In this document: positions 58,297 to 64,000 of the stretch, one piece after another
Layout of the letters: each line of letters starts with the position of its first letter
Numbering within the stretch: the stretch's first letter is position 1
From: Candidatus Woesearchaeota archaeon
GTDB taxonomy: Archaea > Nanobdellota > Nanobdellia > Woesearchaeales > JAZDKJ01
DNA: 64,000 nucleotides
NCBI GenBank assembly: GCA_043803105.1
Contig: JAZDKJ010000006.1
Location: 1-64,000 of the forward strand
Direction: 5' to 3'
Notes under the pieces: model-generated
What the model was told of the DNA's origin: nothing
Database searches by the model: none
The model's input: only the letters and a program-made list of their open reading frames with translations
Position numbers and translations under genes: made by a program

Positions 58297-61200
58297 ATGA
58301 GAGTAAAAAGAGGGCAGCTTGAATCCCATAGTTTGGGTTATTTTTTTCTAGTCGTTGTGGTGCTTGCAGTTTTGATTATAGGTTATAATGCTGTTTTGAG
58401 CCTTGCTACCAACAGCGATCGCCTGAAAGTCCAAAATTTTCAGACAAAGTTGTCTGCAGATACTGATGCTTTAGGTTCAAAGGTTCAGTCTGTCCGCCAA
58501 GTTCAATACTCTTTGCCACAGTATGCAACAAAAGCCTGTTTTTTAGATACAGAGGCGAGTACTCAGTCTATTGGTGCAGTTGAGATTCGTTCCTATCCTT
58601 CAATCTGGAATTCTTATGCTTCAGGTTCAGACAAAAATGTGTTTATTATTTCAGACACGCTCAAAGATTCTTTTCATGTGGATAATCTCGCCTTGCCTCC
58701 AGGTGTTCTTTTCACTTGTCTTCCTGTGCAGAGCGGTGTTGTTCATTTGTCCTTGGAAGCGACCTCAGATGGTCCTATACTCCTGCAGAACTTTCGGGTG
58801 ACAGAGACTTTTGATTCAACTACGACCTCTGTTGTAAGTAACGGCAAGGTTACTGTCACAGTTAGCCCAAATTCTGCTGTTCCAGTTGGTCCAATGCCTT
58901 CTGAGTTGTTTATCGAGACAATCCCTTCTAAAGATACTGAGGGCCATCTTACCGAAACCTACAAGTTTGGTCCGCCTGGCCTGCGATTTGAGCCTGCTGC
59001 AACCCTGACCTTGGCTTATTATCCTGAACTGATTGGCGAGGATTGTCCATCTGAGCTTTTCTTTTTCCATTATGATGATGACGGTAATTTCATCGAGAGG
59101 ATTGATGCAAACAGCATTGATTGTGCTGCAAACACTGCTGATTTCAGCCTTTCTTCCTTTAGCACCGGCTTTGGTGGCAATGCTCAAGCAACCTGTGATG
59201 TCTGTTCTTCCGGCCAGAAGAAGTGTGTTGCCGACGGTACAAAACCATATTATCAATGCAAAAAAGTCAGTGGCTGTTGGGATTGGTCCACAGACACAAC
59301 CGATTGTGGAGGAAACAAAGTCTGCGACGGCGGTGAAAACGGTGAGTGCTGCATCCCAAATGGTGTTTATTATGCTGGCAGCAAGAGCTATTGCTGTAGC
59401 GGTATTATTGATCCAGATTATCATTGCTCCGCTACCGCATGTCCTGAAGGGCACGCTTGTGATGACGGTAAATTCTGCACAGAAAATCCTGATCACTGTG
59501 CCAGCGGAGTCTGCACAGGTACTCCAATGGATTGTTCTGCTTACAGTTCTCAGTGCAACACTGGTTATTGTGATGAAACTTATGACCTCTGCAATTCAAG
59601 AGCAGACACAGGCACCTCTTGCCCTTCAGGCAAGTGCCTTGCAGGCAATTGTTGTGTTGGCTGTATAATCACATCATCCAATAGCTGTGTTGTTGGCACA
59701 AACAAGCGTAACTGCGGCAAGGGCGGCGCTTCTTGTGTTGATTGCGGCTCCTCAGGCACCTGCACCAATGGCGCCTGTGCAGGCTCGTGTACAGATCCCT
59801 GCAGCGACGATTCAGTTTATTGTACATACGACGATCATTGCGTCAGCGGCACCTGCGTTGGCACTCCAATAACCTGCCCAGGTGATGAATGCAACACCGG
59901 GATATGTATGGAATTAATAGGGGGTTGCACTAAAAAGCCCAAGACTGATGGCACAGCGTGCACAGGTGGCCAATGCGTTAAAGGTAATTGTGTTCCTTCA
60001 TCCTGCCAGTCCGTTACCAGTTGCACTTCAGGCGATGGTTGTTGCCCAACCTCTTGCACGAATCCTACTGACACTGACTGCCCCGCAACTTGCTTGGATG
60101 GATGTCATATTGGCAGTAACTGTTACCGAGGTGCTCAGGCCAATGATCCAAGCCATTGTGGCTTGCCGAACACCGTATGCATTGTTTGTGGAGGGAGTAC
60201 TCCTTTCTGCCAGAATGGAGCCTGCGTAGCTCAGTCTGCGTGCAAAACAATTAGTCAGCCTTGTTCTACTTCAAGCCCTTGCTGTGCAGGCCTCTCCTGT
60301 CAGGCTGGAGTTTGTGCCAATTCAGCTGTTTCTTGCAGTCCTTCCCCCTCCTATAGTATCTCACCATCTGGCGTTTATGAGCCCGAAGCCCAAATGACAA
60401 TGACATGGACTTTGCCTGCTTGCGCCTGCAATACCCAAAACTGCTGGGTTAAATGGTATGAAAGCAGTGATAGCTCTGCTTATGCACAAGTCTTCAAAGT
60501 GCAATGTGCTGATCCTGGTCTGGGTTGTCCAACCCCAACTTCTAACACAGGTCCTGTGCACGCTGCTGACCACTGTTATAGCAAAACTGGAGTGGTCTTA
60601 AATGCGCAAAAAATAGTGATAACTAGTTATGATGAACAGCAACAGCTTGCTGAATCCAATTATGTTGATTATAAATTGAATTGTGGTTGTAACGCAATAG
60701 GCTCGCCTTGCACTGCTGCAACTGCAAGAGCATGCTGCAGCACTTTCTGTAGTAATGCTGGTCAGTGTTCTTGCCTTGACCCATGTGAACTTACAGAAGA
60801 AGGTAATTACCAGTGTTCAGATACTGGAGTTGGTCCTGTCAAGAATTACGATTTAAAAGTCTGCTATAAAGGATGCTGGGTTCACCAGACAATCTGCCTA
60901 GAGTCTTGTAATGCTGCAACAGGCACATGCACTGATCCAGGTACATGTAAAGGAACTTGTTATTCTGGTTCCTGTTATTCGCTTGGTGCTACTTCTTGCA
61001 CTCAGGCTACTGGCACTTGCTCTGACACATCGAAGCCATATTGCTGCTCAGGCACGTGCTCGCAGCAGTGCAGTTCTGCCAATTGTCATGACAATATTGG
61101 TTGTGGCGGCCTTAACTGCTATTGCCTTGGCAGCAATTGTGTTTCATGTTCTGGCTGCGTGTTAAATGGCCAATGTTACACTTCAAGCACTGACTTGCAC

Positions 61201-63906
61201 TGTGGTACTAGTGGTAATTGTGTTAATTGTATCTTACAAGGCAAGGTCTGCCAGAATGGTATCTGCAAACTGCAGTGCGATAGCTCAAATTGTTACGGTA
61301 ACACCGGTTGTGGCACTGGCCAGACTGGATGCCATTGTGAGAGTGGAGTTTGTGTTCCAGGCTCTTCTTGCACCCAGCACACGATGGTCATTGATGGAAA
61401 CACAAATGATTGGGCAGGGATTGATCCTTTGGCAAGCTACACTTCCGGAAACTTTGCCAAGATCTATGTTGCAAATGACGCCCCAAAAATGTATTTTTGG
61501 GCTGTTTTTGCCGGGTTCAACGATGTTATTCGTTGGATAATGTTTGACCTTGACAATAATGCAGCGACAGGTTGCTGGGGCGGTGCAGATGCTTACCTAT
61601 ATATCAAGCCTTCCTCGCCTAGTCAGGTCATCTTCGCAAAGACAAATACAGATTGCACTGGCACTACTATTGAAGACGCTCCTTTTTCCTTGTCTGGAAA
61701 CAACATTGAAATTTCGCTGCCAATTTCCACGCTAAACTCTGTAATGGCTTTTTCTGACAGGTTCAAGGTTTTTGGTTATGAACAATCTGGTTACGTTTAT
61801 ACTGTTTGCTCTGTCTGTTCTGCTGAAAACTGTCATGACAATATTGGTTGTGGTGCTGGCCAGACTGGTTGTCATTGTAGCCCCACAGGCTCTTGCGTGC
61901 CTGGTGCCTCTTGCTCAGAGACTGACAGCGGCAACGATCCTTTTGTTTGGAGCATAACTCAGGCAGCCTCTCTTAAATCAAATGACACATGCGTAGGCAC
62001 TTCGGCAATTACCGAATGGTATTGTCAACCATTGGACAACATACATTATGACATGGGGGCAGGGCTTTTTTTGAATTATCCTATATCCATTTACGGGCAC
62101 AAGATCATGGCAACGCAGTCAACCGTAAGCTCTGTGACCTTCCAGTTGGACAGCCAATCAACTCAGGCTTACAACCAAGGGCAAGTTGCAGAATTCGGTT
62201 CGACTGGGATAATGATTCATCTCCAAAGTTGGGGCGGCAGCCCTGTCATAGTCAATTATGAAGCTGCTAACAGGTTCTTTAGAAACGACATTTTGTCTTG
62301 TGCTGATGGTTGTCTCAATGGTGCTTGTATATCCGGGACTTTGCCCGATTATTACGTTAATTCCGGTGCATTAGTAGACATTGGTGGTGTGCCCCAATTC
62401 AATGCTACTATATGCAATAATGGTCTTGTCGCTGTTGGTGCTTCAAATTCGATTAGCTACAGTTTTGGTGTTAACGGCCGTCAAGGAACAGGATCTATTG
62501 GCGGAGGCATTTCCACTCTGGTGAAAGGTTGTCAGCCCGTTCCATTGGCTTTGACTCAAGAGCAGACGGCAGGCCTTCAATGTTCGAACAACATTGAGTT
62601 TACGATTGACTCAACTCACCAGATTACAGAGAGCAACGAGAATAATAATGTTTACAGTGCAACGAATGTTGCTTACACTCCCAGGTGCGCTGTTCAGTGT
62701 TCCAGTTATGCAAGCGCTGCTACCTGTCCAGTCTCTAGCTGTGATTGGTGCCCCAAATGCAAGAGCGCTTTTTATACTGGAGGCAATGACCGTTGCGTCA
62801 ATAAGGACTCTTGCCCCGTAGGCTCCTGCACCATCAACCAATGCAGTGCAACCTGTGACTCAACTCATGGATTTGTTTTCCCTTCAACCTGCACTTTAAG
62901 CACTTGCTCTCCTTTGTGCGTTGATACAGATAGGGGCATGAATTACACTGTCAAGGGAAAGACTGCTAAAGGTCTTGAGTTAAGGATAGACAACTGCACT
63001 TCAGGCAAGCTTATGGAGCATGTCTGCATTGATAATCAAATTGTTGCCGAAGCATACACCTGTCCTTCGCCAACCACCTGCTATAACGGCACGTGTACAA
63101 TCGTTGGCACGTGTACAGACACTGATCCTGTTGGTGATTTATTCGTGAGAGGAACTGTCTCCGGCCAATTGAAGGACGGGACACCTTATACTTGGTATGA
63201 TACTTGTGTTGCCAGCATGGTAAACGAGCGCTTCTGTGTTTCACAAGGCATTCACAAAGTGCCTTCTTCCAAGACTTACGACTGTGATTTTGCCTGCGAG
63301 AATGGCAAGTGCATCAACTTCAGTTCCTGCTCCAACTGTACAAAGAACTGGTTCAGTTTATTCACCTGTCACAGGCAGGATTGCCAAAGGATTCCTGGCG
63401 GCTGCTATTTTATAAATAATCCACTTTTTGTCCAATGTCTGAGCTGTGCAAAGGCTGTCTGCTCTAACTTCACCCAGGACAAGACTACCTGCGAGGATGA
63501 TCCATGCAGGTTAGGTTGTGTCTGGGATTATAGTAAGCGGCTCTGCAAGACGCCGCAAGCCTGCGTAGCAGAGGTTTGTTCCAACGGCAAAGATGATGAT
63601 TGTGATGGCAAGGCTGATTCTCAGGACGAGGACTGCTGGCAGTGTGCAACAGGCGTCTGTTGCGATACCCTTGCCCATAACTACAGGCCCCAGAACTTTG
63701 CCTGCTCCACCGAACAGACATTACATTTTTGTAATGAGGGTGAAGGTTGCGGCAAGAATGTCTATCGTCAGGACAAGAGGCGTTATTGTTCCGGTACTTC
63801 CTCTGGCTGCACCGGAAGCATAACCTGGGATGTGCCGTACATTACTGACTACTGCACCTCCACTGAAAGATGTGTCTCTGGAAATTCTGCCTGCCAACCG
63901 TGCTGA
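58297..63906 (+). CDS. 1869-aa Cys-rich surface protein with class III (pilin-like) signal peptide
   Basis: KRG^QLE plus hydrophobic helix; FGPPG.RF..A.LTL.Y segment; many Cys modules; CARDB-like ID....I.ESNENNN; C.DTD.G repeats; EVC.NGKDDDCDG. Confidence 0.88.
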   Translation: MRVKRGQLESHSLGYFFLVVVVLAVLIIGYNAVLSLATNSDRLKVQNFQTKLSADTDALGSKVQSVRQVQYSLPQYATKACFLDTEASTQSIGAVEIRSYPSIWNSYASGSDKNVFIISDTLKDSFHVDNLALPPGVLFTCLPVQSGVVHLSLEATSDGPILLQNFRVTETFDSTTTSVVSNGKVTVTVSPNSAVPVGPMPSELFIETIPSKDTEGHLTETYKFGPPGLRFEPAATLTLAYYPELIGEDCPSELFFFHYDDDGNFIERIDANSIDCAANTADFSLSSFSTGFGGNAQATCDVCSSGQKKCVADGTKPYYQCKKVSGCWDWSTDTTDCGGNKVCDGGENGECCIPNGVYYAGSKSYCCSGIIDPDYHCSATACPEGHACDDGKFCTENPDHCASGVCTGTPMDCSAYSSQCNTGYCDETYDLCNSRADTGTSCPSGKCLAGNCCVGCIITSSNSCVVGTNKRNCGKGGASCVDCGSSGTCTNGACAGSCTDPCSDDSVYCTYDDHCVSGTCVGTPITCPGDECNTGICMELIGGCTKKPKTDGTACTGGQCVKGNCVPSSCQSVTSCTSGDGCCPTSCTNPTDTDCPATCLDGCHIGSNCYRGAQANDPSHCGLPNTVCIVCGGSTPFCQNGACVAQSACKTISQPCSTSSPCCAGLSCQAGVCANSAVSCSPSPSYSISPSGVYEPEAQMTMTWTLPACACNTQNCWVKWYESSDSSAYAQVFKVQCADPGLGCPTPTSNTGPVHAADHCYSKTGVVLNAQKIVITSYDEQQQLAESNYVDYKLNCGCNAIGSPCTAATARACCSTFCSNAGQCSCLDPCELTEEGNYQCSDTGVGPVKNYDLKVCYKGCWVHQTICLESCNAATGTCTDPGTCKGTCYSGSCYSLGATSCTQATGTCSDTSKPYCCSGTCSQQCSSANCHDNIGCGGLNCYCLGSNCVSCSGCVLNGQCYTSSTDLHCGTSGNCVNCILQGKVCQNGICKLQCDSSNCYGNTGCGTGQTGCHCESGVCVPGSSCTQHTMVIDGNTNDWAGIDPLASYTSGNFAKIYVANDAPKMYFWAVFAGFNDVIRWIMFDLDNNAATGCWGGADAYLYIKPSSPSQVIFAKTNTDCTGTTIEDAPFSLSGNNIEISLPISTLNSVMAFSDRFKVFGYEQSGYVYTVCSVCSAENCHDNIGCGAGQTGCHCSPTGSCVPGASCSETDSGNDPFVWSITQAASLKSNDTCVGTSAITEWYCQPLDNIHYDMGAGLFLNYPISIYGHKIMATQSTVSSVTFQLDSQSTQAYNQGQVAEFGSTGIMIHLQSWGGSPVIVNYEAANRFFRNDILSCADGCLNGACISGTLPDYYVNSGALVDIGGVPQFNATICNNGLVAVGASNSISYSFGVNGRQGTGSIGGGISTLVKGCQPVPLALTQEQTAGLQCSNNIEFTIDSTHQITESNENNNVYSATNVAYTPRCAVQCSSYASAATCPVSSCDWCPKCKSAFYTGGNDRCVNKDSCPVGSCTINQCSATCDSTHGFVFPSTCTLSTCSPLCVDTDRGMNYTVKGKTAKGLELRIDNCTSGKLMEHVCIDNQIVAEAYTCPSPTTCYNGTCTIVGTCTDTDPVGDLFVRGTVSGQLKDGTPYTWYDTCVASMVNERFCVSQGIHKVPSSKTYDCDFACENGKCINFSSCSNCTKNWFSLFTCHRQDCQRIPGGCYFINNPLFVQCLSCAKAVCSNFTQDKTTCEDDPCRLGCVWDYSKRLCKTPQACVAEVCSNGKDDDCDGKADSQDEDCWQCATGVCCDTLAHNYRPQNFACSTEQTLHFCNEGEGCGKNVYRQDKRRYCSGTSSGCTGSITWDVPYITDYCTSTERCVSGNSACQPC

Positions 63907-64000
63907 TGTATTGACTTCTCCCGAACAGCAATCTTTTAAAACCCTGTGCGCACTCTTTATTCTGCGTGGATAATATGCGATTGGAAGAAATAGCTAAACT

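Noticed and set aside
1-64000. CRISPR arrays, rRNA, transposases/integrases, and the many antisense or nested ORFs in the track
   Set aside because: I saw no repeat-spacer periodicity, rRNA signatures or transposase motifs by eye. The nested ORFs overlap well-supported genes and lack motifs. Further short in-frame BHB introns cannot be excluded without a computational scan.

Overview
This is a 64-kb gene-dense archaeal chromosome segment. It has TATA-like boxes ~25-35 nt upstream of largely leaderless genes, GAGGTGA SD motifs, archaeal AlaRS, GatDE, archease, CDC48, HerA/Mre11, XPD and OapABC. The small DPANN-style hypotheticals and a class III signal-peptide surface protein suggest a Woesearchaeota-like organism (inference). 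The main finding is that the tRNA-splicing ligase gene rtcB (10052-11503, minus strand, next to archease) is interrupted in its conserved MPDAHEG-YGFPIGG motif by a 30-nt insert containing a stop codon. The insert folds into a bulge-helix-bulge (BHB), and cutting at the canonical positions restores the Tyr codon and a 473-aa ORF exactly. The ligase mRNA therefore appears to need tRNA-type splicing, and so probably RtcB itself, to be expressed. Two tRNA genes absent from the ORF track are also fragmented by BHB/BHL introns: tRNA-Arg(CCU) has three and tRNA-Thr(UGU) has two, and the latter abuts a free-standing LAGLIDADG gene. Other notable items are a hairpin cluster flanked by two synonymous copies of a micro-protein C-terminus, a CDC48 with a ~180-aa coiled-coil insert, a GAD-less GatE, bacterial-type ND-AspRS and Tgt, an N-terminally truncated MCM upstream of oapABC, three tandem paralogues of unknown function and a 1869-aa Cys-rich pilin-signal protein. 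No CRISPR array, rRNA or transposase was seen. All family calls come from motif recognition by eye; no searches were run.
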